From the NCBI GenBank assembly GCA_964057225.1, contig OZ059900.1, positions 26,598,001 through 26,662,000 on the forward strand: DNA of 64,000 bases, written 5' to 3'. This stretch comes from Auanema rhodensis. Its lineage: Eukaryota; Animalia; Nematoda. Every line of letters starts with the position of its first letter. The stretch's first letter is position 1. A program made the translations under genes and the position numbers. Under the pieces are notes generated by a model that was not told where the DNA came from, made no database searches, and saw only the letters and a list, made by a program, of their open reading frames with translations. Below, piece after piece: positions 15,401 through 26,600 of this stretch.

Positions 15401-17105
15401 GGGTGTTCTTACACAAGTAGGGGAAGATGGACATTTACATCCTATAGCTTTTTGCTCTAGATCTTTAAGCAAACATGAGAAAAAATATGCTATAACAGAC
15501 CTAGAAGCGTTAGCAATCGTGTTCGCTTGCGATCGGTTTCACTGTTTTATTTATGGAGTTCGGGTGATTGTGAGAACAGATCACCAACCGTTGTTATGTC
15601 TGTTCAGGGGGGAAGATTGCTCTAATAGAGTAACAAGGTGGGCGGTTAAATTGAGAGCATATGAAATAGAAATGGAGTACATAAAGGGACCTGCTAATAG
15701 AGTAGCCGACGGGCTCAGTAGAGGACCATTAAAATGGGAAAATGAGGTTATTGATAAGCTCTCTTTTGCAGAAGAAATTGTAGTAGCGGAGGTTAGAAGT
15801 GAAAGAGCAGAGCATTGTTGGTTTAAAAATGCAGATGGGTGGAAGGAGCTATTTAAAGCTATCAAGGAAGAAACAAAAGCCAAAATTAAGGTAGAGGGTT
15901 GTTATGTAGAGAGTTCGAATTTTTTATTACAACATGATGTATTACGGTACATTGATCCGGAAGGTAGAATTAGGGAAGTAATATCACCAGGTGAGAGGGA
16001 AAAAGTTCTAAAAGAAGAACACGGTGGACAATGGTCTGGTCATTTTAGCTCAGAAAAACTTTATCTAACTCTTAAAAATAAGTATTTTTGGCCTAGCATG
16101 AGAAGAGACATTGTCAAATTCTGCCTACAATGTACAAGTTGCTTTATGGAGAACTACACCAAATATAATGTGCCGCCTTTGAAACCTATATTAACTTCAA
16201 GTCCGTTTGAAGTGATTGGCATGGATCTGGTAGAGTTAAACGTGAGCCAAAAAGGTAATAGGTATGGGTTAGTAGTGGTAGATTATTTCTCTAAGTGGTG
16301 TGAGATCTATCCTATAAAAGAAAAATCGGCGGAGGCGGTTCTTCGAGCGTTTGCTGATAGGTGGATAGGATATGGGTGCAAGATTCCGAAAAGAATCATT
16401 TCGGATAAAGGATTAGAATTCGATAATAAAATCTTTAACGAATTTCGAAAATTGTTTGGGATTGAGTGGACACCTGCTCATGCTTATAATCCGAGGGAAA
16501 ATGGTTTAGCAGAAAGAACACATAAAACCATTATATCGTCTTTAAGAAAAAGTGAGTGTGTTCGATCTGAGTGGGATGAGGCGTTAGCTTTCGTTTTAAT
16601 GGCTTATAATTCATCAGTACATATTAGTACGAATTATAGTGCTTTTGCGATTTTATATGGGTATGAACCACCTACTCGAGTGTTCACAAAGGATACGGTT
16701 ATTCAACCACAAGTCGTTAATTTGAGTGACTATATGAATGGTTTAAATACGGTATTAACAAATATTCATGAAAAAGTTATCGTTAGAAATGAAAAGAAAG
16801 CTTTGGAAATGAAAGAATCGTATGATAAAAGAAATAAAGTGGAAGGTAGGGAAAAATTGAATATAGGAGATAAAGTATTTTTAAAAATCCTCACAGAAAA
16901 GGGGCCAAACAATAAGTTAAAATTCCCTCTTAAAGGACCTTTCTCGGTGCAAAAGTTAACAGATAACTCAGCAGAAATATGCGGTAAACAAGGTTCATTA
17001 TCCGTTCAGAGGGATTTACTGGTACCATTTCGAACAACCACACCGGTTCCGCAAAACTTGGCTCAAGGAAGAAATGCTAGAGGTCGTCCTACGACAGGAC
17101 ATTGA
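12450..17105 (+). CDS. Gag-Pol polyprotein, 1551 aa, single uninterrupted ORF
   Basis: Coiled-coil Gag, CCHC knuckle CFKCGGLGHTQYVC, protease LIDSGS, RT LPFG/YLDD, RNase H YTD..ELEALA-like/TDH/ADGLSR, integrase H..GH..CxxC plus MD/ISD/AE triad, and a GPF module. No chromodomain or env seen. Confidence 0.97.
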   Translation: MSLLEDIKSIVDGELGVIKTSLQQFVVEKEAQIQVLKGNAATLRKAGHVTEVGDKAVTLINQAIEQVSNNIFSACVSKNVEANSAKFVKNVTSILTSYDIADENELDEYLLAVKDRESELEERFEQQKRKLAKQDEDGARTIETIKISEAAIEKLRDGINVLTNENQALKGEVAKLRQHLDSEEILENRATHRVLASASPSSAEQELRDSPYSHSLRLEALVKEVLLGQNRVVEQQRVALSRKQVTIPVFSGEKRFENFADHVELFKFKFEHERLDDRSASFHFASSLSGFALETFKSIEKALPFEEKLIRLGKLLQHQFDMFKLEDERRLRNLSIVNCHNSVVEFIRELDRLYDRCYTSLSVEEKAKKKVIHLYEEIKTWEGAFSFSIALHAENQQPVYASMKSWALSMENQTRVVRKSFNSVKISRSDRNSSDAKISREGVNTPKLTCFKCGGLGHTQYVCKNRESPRDSSGRVSAVGEKAVPEKKGRPRENVSVQGVECTALIDSGSSVTLVPLHIVNRMGKNVVVKETEDTLSGVSGEQLNLVGKADLEIELYSTENKAVISCFVWNSNSSEIILGFNAFEVLGLELIKRSRVLQLGEAIVSTIKIKEPNRGFQDVKLGHLPKDQKYQLDKVINEYPEIFSSEAENLAGMKVEPASIDTGKARPVAQKVRPVPASLREELSCLLEEMEREGITSRSKSPWAAPIVLVRKRDKSLRLCVDYRELNKVIISDKYPLPNIEVILQCLAQAKFFSSVDCLQGFWQLPLDKEAKPKTAFITHKGLYEFNRLPFGMANSPAIFQRAMDTVLAETGLVGSEIHIYLDDIIVATVTQARHFQVLRILFLAFRKFNVRLKPSKCEFFKTELKVLGHVVTEKGISTDPMKVAAISEYPVPRNTTQLKSFLGSLSYYRKFIKGFAAEARPLYDLCALGVKFEWKEPQEKSFTTLKKKITETPILIQPDVTAAREGDKPFIIYTDVSIVGLGGVLTQVGEDGHLHPIAFCSRSLSKHEKKYAITDLEALAIVFACDRFHCFIYGVRVIVRTDHQPLLCLFRGEDCSNRVTRWAVKLRAYEIEMEYIKGPANRVADGLSRGPLKWENEVIDKLSFAEEIVVAEVRSERAEHCWFKNADGWKELFKAIKEETKAKIKVEGCYVESSNFLLQHDVLRYIDPEGRIREVISPGEREKVLKEEHGGQWSGHFSSEKLYLTLKNKYFWPSMRRDIVKFCLQCTSCFMENYTKYNVPPLKPILTSSPFEVIGMDLVELNVSQKGNRYGLVVVDYFSKWCEIYPIKEKSAEAVLRAFADRWIGYGCKIPKRIISDKGLEFDNKIFNEFRKLFGIEWTPAHAYNPRENGLAERTHKTIISSLRKSECVRSEWDEALAFVLMAYNSSVHISTNYSAFAILYGYEPPTRVFTKDTVIQPQVVNLSDYMNGLNTVLTNIHEKVIVRNEKKALEMKESYDKRNKVEGREKLNIGDKVFLKILTEKGPNNKLKFPLKGPFSVQKLTDNSAEICGKQGSLSVQRDLLVPFRTTTPVPQNLAQGRNARGRPTTGH

Positions 17106-17356
17106 TTTTTTTTTTTTTTTTTTCGCTGAAATATTGTGTTCCTGTTTTTGTTTTTTTTTGGAAATATATCATGACTAGGGAGGCATCTTTTGCTCTAACA
17201 AAGTTGGAGGAGTTTTGCACTTGAAACGGGCTTGACCTACGTTAGGTATCACCGTACTCACTTGCGATAGAAAAACTGCCATGTATAGTCCTTTTTCGGA
17301 ATATGGTCAAGATAAATTTCTTAAACTTCGGGTCGAAGTTTTGCCCACCCCCGGCA

Positions 17357-17602
17357 TGTAGTATATAGCCTTATAATAATATCAGTAGTATAGAATTGTG
17401 ATCTAGATCACAAGAAATCACAATGTCAAGTATAAGAGATACAAGACCAGTCGATACCCTTGTCAAGACACGACACCGGTCTCTTTTTACCTGTTTCTTT
17501 GTATTATTTTTTAACTGATCTTTTGGTTCTATTAATTTATAACTAATAAACTTCATCATATCAAAACAACTACTTTGAATCCGAGCACCGAGCTAGATTA
17601 CA
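17357..17602 (+). repeat. 3' LTR (246 bp)
   Basis: Copy of the 5' LTR at offset 5309. Confidence 0.97.
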
Positions 17603-20600
17603 TTGTTTTAATTGGCTAATTCTGAGTTGAATGAAATGTAGCACATTATTCTAGGACCAAAAATGAAAAGTTTAGAATATTCAATTTTTCATAAAAATCG
17701 AACGAAATAGCAAGTTGAGCCCGCCGCAAAACATGATAAACGTGTTTCTGTGCTAACGAATTTTGTTTCATTGTTTTAATTGACTTATTCTGAGTTGAAT
17801 GAAATGTAGCACATTATTCTAGGACCAAAAATGAAAATTTTAGAATATTTAATTTTTCATAAAAATCGAACGAAATAGCAAGTTGAGCCCGCCGCAAAAC
17901 ATGATAAATGTGTTTCTGTGCCAACGAATTTTGTTTCATTGTTTTAATTGACTTATTCTGAGTTGAATGAAATGTAGCACATTATTCTAGGACCAAAAAT
18001 GAAAATTTTAGAATATTTAATTTTTCATAAAAATCGAACGAAACAGCAAGTTGAGCCCGCTGCAAAACATGATAAATGTGTTTCTATGCTAACGAATTTT
18101 GTTTCATTGTTTTAATTGGCTAATTCTGAGTTGAATGAAATGTAGCACATTTATCTAGGACCAAAAATAAAAATTTTAGAATATTTAATTTTTCATAAAA
18201 ATCGAAAGAAATAGCAAGTTGAGCCCGCCGCAAAAGATGATAAATGTGTTTCTGTGCCAACGAATTTTGTTTCATTGTTTTAATTGACTTATTCTGAGTT
18301 GAATAAGATGTAGCACGTTATGCTAGGACCAAAAATAAAAATTTTAGAATATTTAATTTTTCATAGAAATCAAACGAAATAGCAAGTTTAGCCCGCCGCA
18401 AAACATGACTAATATGGATATATGAATACAAATAGTATTTCATATTACTAAACTGTTTATTCCGAGTTAAACAAAATAAAGCACGTTATTTTAGGTTCAA
18501 AAATAAAAATTTTAGAATATTTAATTTTTCATAAAAATCGAACGAAACAGCAAGTTGAGCCCGCCGCAAAACATGATAAATGTGTTTCTGTGCTAACGAA
18601 TTTTGTTTCATTGTTTTAATTGGCTAATTCTGAGTCAAATAAGATGTAGCACGTTATGCTAGGACCAAAAATAAAAATTTTAGAATATTTAATTTTTCAT
18701 AGAAATCAAACGAAATAGCAAGTTTAGCCCGCCGCAAAACATGACTAATATGGATATATGAATACAAATAGTATTTCATATTACTAAACTGTTTATTCCG
18801 AGTTAAACAAAATAAAGCACGTTATTTTAGGTTCAAAAATAAAAATTTTAGAATATTCAATTTTTCATAGAAATCAAACGAAATAGCAAGTTCAGCCCGC
18901 CGCAAAACATGATAAATGTGTTTCTGTGCTAACGAATTTTGTTTCATTGTTTTAATTGGCTAATTCTGAGTTGAATGAAATGTAGCACATTATTCTAGGA
19001 CCAAAAATGAAAATTTTAGAATATTTAATTTTTCATAAAAATCGAACGAAACAGCAAGTTTAGCCCGCCGCAAAACATGACTAATATGGATATATGAATA
19101 CAAATAGTATTTCATATTACTAAACTGTTTATTCCGAGTTAAACAAAATAAAGCACGTTATTTTAGGTTCAAAAATAAAAATTTTAGAATATTCAATTTT
19201 TCATAGAAATCAAACGAAATAGCAAGTTCAGCCCGCCGCAAAACATGATAAATGTGTTTCTGTGCTAACGAACTTTGTTTCATTGTTTTAATTGGCTAAT
19301 TCTAAGTTAAATGAAATGTAGCACATTATTCTAGGACCAAAAATGAAAATTTTAGAAAATTTAATTTTTCATAAAAATCGAAAGAAATAGCAAGTTGAGC
19401 CCGCCGCAAAACATGATTAATATGGATATATGAATACGAAAACTATTTCATATTACTAAACTGTTTATTCTGAGTTAAATAAGATGTAGCACGTTATGCT
19501 AGGACCAAAAATAAAAATTTTAGAATATTTAATTTTTCATAGAAATCAAACGAAATAGCAAGTTTAGCCCGCCGCAAAACATGATAAATGTGTTTCTGTG
19601 CTAACGAATTTTGTTTCATTGTTTTAATTGGCTAATTCTGAGTCAAATAAGATGTAGCACGTTATGCTAGGACCAAAAATAAAAATTTTAGAATATTTAA
19701 TTTTTCATAAAAATCGAACGAAACAGCAAGTTGAGCCCGCCGCAAAACATGATAAATGTGTTTCTGTGGTAACGAATTTTGTTTCATTGTTTTAATTGGC
19801 TAATTCTGAGTCAAATAAGATGTAGCACGTTATGCTAGGACCAAAAATAAAAATTTTAGAATATTTAATTTTTCATAGAAATCAAACGAAATAGCAAGTT
19901 TAGCCCGCCGCAAAACATGACTAATATGGATATATGAATACAAATAGTATTTCATATTACTAAACTGTTTATTCCGAGTTAAACAAAATAAAGCACGTTA
20001 TTTTAGGTTCAAAAATAAAAATTTTAGAATATTCAATTTTTCATAGAAATCAAACGAAATAGCAAGTTTAGCCCGCCGCAAAACATGATAAATGTGTTTC
20101 TGTGCTAACGAATTTTGTTTCATTGTTTTAATTGGCTAATTCTGAGTTGAATGAAATGTAGCACATTATTCTAGGACCAAAAATGAAAATTTTAGAATAT
20201 TTAATTTTTCATAAAAATCGAACGAAACAGCAAGTTGAGCCCGCCGCAAAACATGATAAATGTGTTTCTGTGCTAACGAATTTTGTTTCATTGTTTTAAT
20301 TGGCTAATTCTGAGTTAAACAAAATAAAGCACGTTATTTTAGGTTCAAAAATAAAAATTTTAGAATATTCAATTTTTCATAAAAATCGAACGAAACAGCA
20401 AGTTGAGTCCGCCGCAAAACATGATAAATGTGTTTCTGTGCTAACGAATTTTGTTTCATTGTTTTAATTGGCTAATTCTAAGTTAAATGAAATGTAGCAC
20501 ATTATTCTAGGACCAAAAATGAAAATTTTAGAATATTTAATTTTTCATAAAAATCGAACGAAACAGCAAGTTGAGCCCGCCGCAAAACATGATAAATGTG

Positions 20601-23600
20601 TTTCTGTGCTAACGAATTTTGTTTCATTGTTTTAATTGGCTAATTCTGAGTTGAATGAAATGTAGCACATTATTCTAGGACCAAAAATGAAAATTTTAGA
20701 ATATTTATTTTTTCATAAAAATCGAACGAAATAGCAAGTTTAGCCCGCCGCAAAACATGACTAATATGGATATATGAATACAAATAGTAATTCATATTAC
20801 TAAACTGTTTATTCCGAGTTAAACAAAATAAAGCACGTTATTTTAGGTTCAAAAATAAAAATTTTAGAATATTCAATTTTTCATAGAAATCAAACGAAAT
20901 AGGAAGTTTAGCCCGCCGCAAAACATGATAAATGTGTTTCTGTGCTAACGAATTTTGTTTCATTGTTTTAATTGGCTAATTCTGAGTTGAATGAAATGTA
21001 GCACATTATTCTAGGACCAAAAATGAAAATTTTAGAATATTTAATTTTTCATAAAAATCGAACGAAATAGCAAGTTTAGCCCGCCGCAAAACATGATTAA
21101 TATGGATAAATGAATACGAAAACTATTTTATATTTTTAAACTGTTTATTCTGAGTCAATTAAGATGTAGCACGTTATGCTAGGACCAAAAATAAAAATTT
21201 TAGAATATTTAATTTTTCATAAAAATCGAAAGAAATAGCAAGTTGAGCCCGCCGCAAAACATGATTAATATGGATATATGAATACGAAAACTATTTCATG
21301 TTACTAAACTGTTTATTCTGAGTTAAATAAGATGTAGCACGTTATGCTAGGACCAAAAATAAAAATTTTAGAATATTTAATTTTTCATAAAAATCGAACG
21401 AAACAGCAAGTTGAGCCCGCCGCAAAACATGATAAATGTGTTTCTGTGCTAACGAATTTTGTTTCATTGTTTTAATTGGCTAATTCTGAGTTAAACAAAA
21501 TAAAGCACGTTATTTTAGGTTCAAAAATAAAAATTTTAGAATATTCAATTTTTCATAAAAATCGAACGAAACAGCAAGTTGAGCCCGCCGCAAAACATGA
21601 TAAATGTGTTTCTGTGCTAACGAATTTTGTTTCATTGTTTTAATTGGCTAATTCCGAGTTAAACAAAATAAAGCACGTTATTTTAGGTTCAAAAATAAAA
21701 ATTTTAGAATATTCAATTTTTCATAGAAATCAAACGAAATAGCAAGTTTAGCCCGCCGCAAAACATGATAAATGTGTTTCTGTGCTAACGAATTTTGTTT
21801 CATTGTTTTAATTGGCTAATTCTGAGTTGAATGAAATGTAGCACATTATTCTAGGACCAAAAATGAAAATTTTAGAATATTTAATTTTTCATAAAAATCG
21901 AACGAAACAGCAAGTTGAGCCCGCCGCAAAACATGATAAATGTGTTTCTGTGCTAACGAATTTTGTTTCATTGTTTTAATTGACTAATTCTGAGTTGAAT
22001 GAAATGTAGCACATTATTCTAGGACCAAAAATAAAAATTTTAGAATATTTAATTTTTCATAAAAATCGAACGAAATAGCAAGTTGAGCCCGCCGCAAAAC
22101 ATGATAAATGTGTTTCTGTGGTAACGAATTTTGTTTCATTGTTTTAATTGGCTAATTCTGAGTCAAATAAGATGTAGCACGTTATGCTAGGACCAAAAAT
22201 AAAAATTTTAGAATATTTAATTTTTCATAGAAATCAAACGAAATAGCAAGTTTAGCCCGCCGCAAAACATGATTAATATGGATATATGAATACAAATAGT
22301 ATTTCATAGTATTAAACTGTTTATTCCGAGTTAAACAAAATAAAGCACGTTATTTTAGGTTCAAAAATAAAAATTTTAGAATATTCAATTTTTCATAGAA
22401 ATCAAACGAAATAGAAGTTTAGCCCGCCGCAAAACATGATTAATATGGATATATGAATACGAAAACTATTTTATATTTTTAAACTGTTTATTCTGAGTCA
22501 AATAAGATGTAGCACGTTATGCTAGGACCAAAAATAAAAATTTTAGAATATTTAATTTTTCATAGAAATCAAACGAAATAGCAAGTTTAGCCCGCCGCAA
22601 AACATGACTAATATGGATATATGAATACAAATAGTATTTCATATTACTAAACTGTTTATTCCGAGTTAAACAAAATAAAGCACGTTATTTTAGGTTCAAA
22701 AATAAAAATTTTAGAATATTCAATTTTTCATAGAAATCAAACGAAATAGCAAGTTTAGCCCGCCGCAAAACATGATAAATGTGTTTCTGTGCTAACGAGT
22801 TTTGTTTCATTGTTTTAATTGGCTAATTCTGAGCTGAATGAAATGTAGCTAATTATTCTAGGACCAAAAATGAAAATTTTAGAATATTTAATTTTTCATA
22901 AAAATCGAACGAAATAGCAAGTTTAGCCCGCCGCAAAACATGATTAATATGGATATATGAATACGAAAACTATTTCATATTACTAAACTGTTTATTCCGA
23001 GTTAAACAAAATAAAGCACGTAATTTTAGGTTCAAAAATAAAAATTTTAGAATATTCAATTTTTCATAGAAATCAAACGAAATAGCAAGTTTAGCCCGCC
23101 GCAAAACATGATTAATATGGATATATGCTTACGAAAACTATTTTATATTTTTAAACTGTTTATTCTGAGTCAAATAAGATGTAGCACGTTATGCTAGGAC
23201 CAAAAATAAAAATTTTAGAATATTTAATTTTTCATAGAAATCAAACGAAATAGCAAGTTTAGCCCGCCGCAAAACATGACTAATATGGATATATGAATAC
23301 AAATAGTATTTCATATTACTAAACTGTTTATTCCGAGTTAAACAAAATAAAGCACGTTATTTTAGGTTCAAAAATAAAAATTTTAGAATATTCAATTTTT
23401 CATAGAAATCAAACGAAATAGCAAGTTTAGCCCGCCGCAAAACATGATAAATGTGTTTCTGTGCTAACGAATTTTGTTTCATTGTTTTAATTGGCTAATT
23501 CTGAATTGAATGAAATGTAGCACATTATTCTAGGACCAAAAATGAAAATTTTAGAATATTTAATTTTTCATAAAAATCGAACGAAACAGCAAGTTGAGCC

Positions 23601-26600
23601 CGCCGCAAAACATGATAAATGTGTTTCTGTGCTAACGAATTTTGTTTCATTGTTTTAATTGGCTAATTCTGAGTTAAACAAAATAAAGCACGTTATTTTA
23701 GGTTCAAAAATAAAAATTTTAGAATATTCAATTTTTCATAAAAATCGAACGAAACAGCAAGTTGAGCCCGCCGCAAAACATGATAAATGTGTTTCTGTGC
23801 TAACGAATTTTGTTTCATTGTTTTAATTGGCTAATTCTAAGTTAAATGAAATGTAGCACATTATTCTAGGACCAAAAATGAAAATTTTAGAATATTTAAT
23901 TTTTCATAAAAATCGAACGAAACAGCAAGTTGAGCCCGCCGCAAAACATGATAAATGTGTTTCTGTGCTAACGAATTTTGTTTCATTGTTTTAATTGGCT
24001 AATTCTGAGTTGAATGAAATGTAGCACATTATTCTAGGACCAAAAATGAAAATTTTAGAATATTTATTTTTTCATAAAAATCGAACGAAATAGCAAGTTT
24101 AGCCCGCCGCAAAACATGACTAATATGGATATATGAATACAAATAGTATTTCATATTACTAAACTGTTTATTCCGAGTTAAACAAAATAAAGCACGTTAT
24201 TTTAGGTTCAAAAATAAAAATTTTAGAATATTCAATTTTTCATAGAAATCAAACGAAATAGGAAGTTTAGCCCGCCGCAAAACATGATAAATGTGTTTCT
24301 GTGCTAACGAATTTTGTTTCATTGTTTTAATTGGCTAATTCTGAGTTGAATGAAATGTAGCACATTATTCTAGGACCAAAAATGAAAATTTTAGAATATT
24401 TAATTTTTCATAAAAATCGAACGAAATAGCAAGTTTAGCCCGCCGCAAAACATGATTAATATGGATAAATGAATACGAAAACTATTTTATATTTTTAAAC
24501 TGTTTATTCTGAGTCAATTAAGATGTAGCACGTTATGCTAGGACCAAAAATAAAAATTTTAGAATATTTAATTTTTCATAAAAATCGAAAGAAATAGCAA
24601 GTTGAGCCCGCCGCAAAACATGATTAATATGGATATATGAATACGAAAACTATTTCATGTTACTAAACTGTTTATTCTTAGTTAAATAAGATGTAGCACG
24701 TTATGCTAGGACCAAAAATAAAAATTTTAGAATATTTAATTTTTCATAAAAATCGAACGAAACAGCAAGTTGAGCCCGCCGCAAAACATGATAAATGTGT
24801 TTCTGTGCTAACGAATTTTGTTTCATTGTTTTAATTGGCTAATTCTGAGTTAAACAAAATAAAGCACGTTATTTTAGGTTCAAAAATAAAAATTTTAGAA
24901 TATTCAATTTTTCATAAAAATCGAACGAAACAGCAAGTTGAGCCCGCCGCAAAACATGACTAATATGGATATATGAATACAAATAGTATTTCATATTACT
25001 AAACTGTTTATTCCGAGTTAAACAAAATAAAGCACGTTATTTTAGGTTCAAAAATAAAAATTTTAGAATATTCAATTTTTCATAAAAATCGAACGAAATA
25101 GCAAGTTTAGCCCGCCGCAAAACATGACTAATATGGATATATGAATACAAATAGTATTTCATATTACTAAACTGTTTATTCCGAGTTAAACAAAATAAAG
25201 CACGTTATTTTAGGTTCAAAAATAAAAATTTTAGAATATTCAATTTTTCATAGAAATCAAACGAAATAGGAAGTTTAGCCCGCCGCAAAACATGATAAAT
25301 GTGTTTCTGTGCTAACGAATTTTGTTTCATTGTTTTAATTGGCTAATTCTGAGTTGAATGAAATGTAGCACATTATTCTAGGACCAAAAATGAAAATTTT
25401 AGAATATTTAATTTTTCATAAAAATCGAACGAAATAGCAAGTTTAGCCCGCCGCAAAACATGATTAATATGGATAAATGAATACGAAAACTATTTTATAT
25501 TTTTAAACTGTTTATTCTGAGTCAATTAAGATGTAGCACGTTATGCTAGGACCAAAAATAAAAATTTTAGAATATTTAATTTTTCATAAAAATCGAACGA
25601 AATAGCAAGTTTAGCCCGCCGCAAAACATGATTAATATGGATAAATGAATACGAAAACTATTTTATATTTTTAAACTGTTTATTCTGAGTCAATTAAGAT
25701 GTAGCACGTTATGCTAGGACCAAAAATAAAAATTTTAGAATATTTAATTTTTCATAAAAATCGAAAGAAATAGCAAGTTGAGCCCGCCGCAAAACATGAT
25801 TAATATGGATATATGAATACGAAAACTATTTCATGTTACTAAACTGTTTATTCTTAGTTAAATAAGATGTAGCACGTTATGCTAGGACCAAAAATAAAAA
25901 TTTTAGAATATTTAATTTTTCATAAAAATCGAACGAAACAGCAAGTTGAGCCCGCCGCAAAACATGATAAATGTGTTTCTGTGCTAACGAATTTTGTTTC
26001 ATTGTTTTAATTGGCTAATTCCGAGTTAAACAAAATAAAGCACGTTATTTTAGGTTCAAAAATAAAAATTTTAGAATATTCAATTTTTCATAGAAATCAA
26101 ACGAAATAGCAAGTTTAGCCCGCCGCAAAACATGATAAATGTGTTTCTGTGCTAACGAATTTTGTTTCATTGTTTTAATTGGCTAATTCTGAGTTGAATG
26201 AAATGTAGCACATTATTCTAGGACCAAAAATGAAAATTTTAGAATATTTAATTTTTCATAAAAATCGAACGAAACAGCAAGTTGAGCCCGCCGCAAAACA
26301 TGATAAATGTGTTTCTGTGCTAACGAATTTTGTTTCATTGTTTTAATTGACTAATTCTGAGTTGAATGAAATGTAGCACATTATTCTAGGACCAAAAATA
26401 AAAATTTTAGAATATTTAATTTTTCATAAAAATCGAACGAAATAGCAAGTTGAGCCCGCCGCAAAACATGATAAATGTGTTTCTGTGGTAACGAATTTTG
26501 TTTCATTGTTTTAATTGGCTAATTCTGAGTCAAATAAGATGTAGCACGTTATGCTAGGACCAAAAATAAAAATTTTAGAATATTTAATTTTTCATAGAAA

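Larger units (their letters stand above)
12048..17602 (+). mobile_element. Full-length Ty3/Gypsy (Metaviridae) LTR retrotransposon, 5555 bp
   Basis: Two 246-bp TG...CA LTRs, PBS, single gag-pol ORF with PR-RT-RH-IN order. TTGTTT is duplicated at 12042-12047 and 17603-17608, and the satellite phase resumes shifted by exactly 5561 bp (5555+6). Confidence 0.98.

Noticed and set aside
12434-15883. Antisense ORFs within gag-pol
   Set aside because: Shadow frames of the long coding strand.
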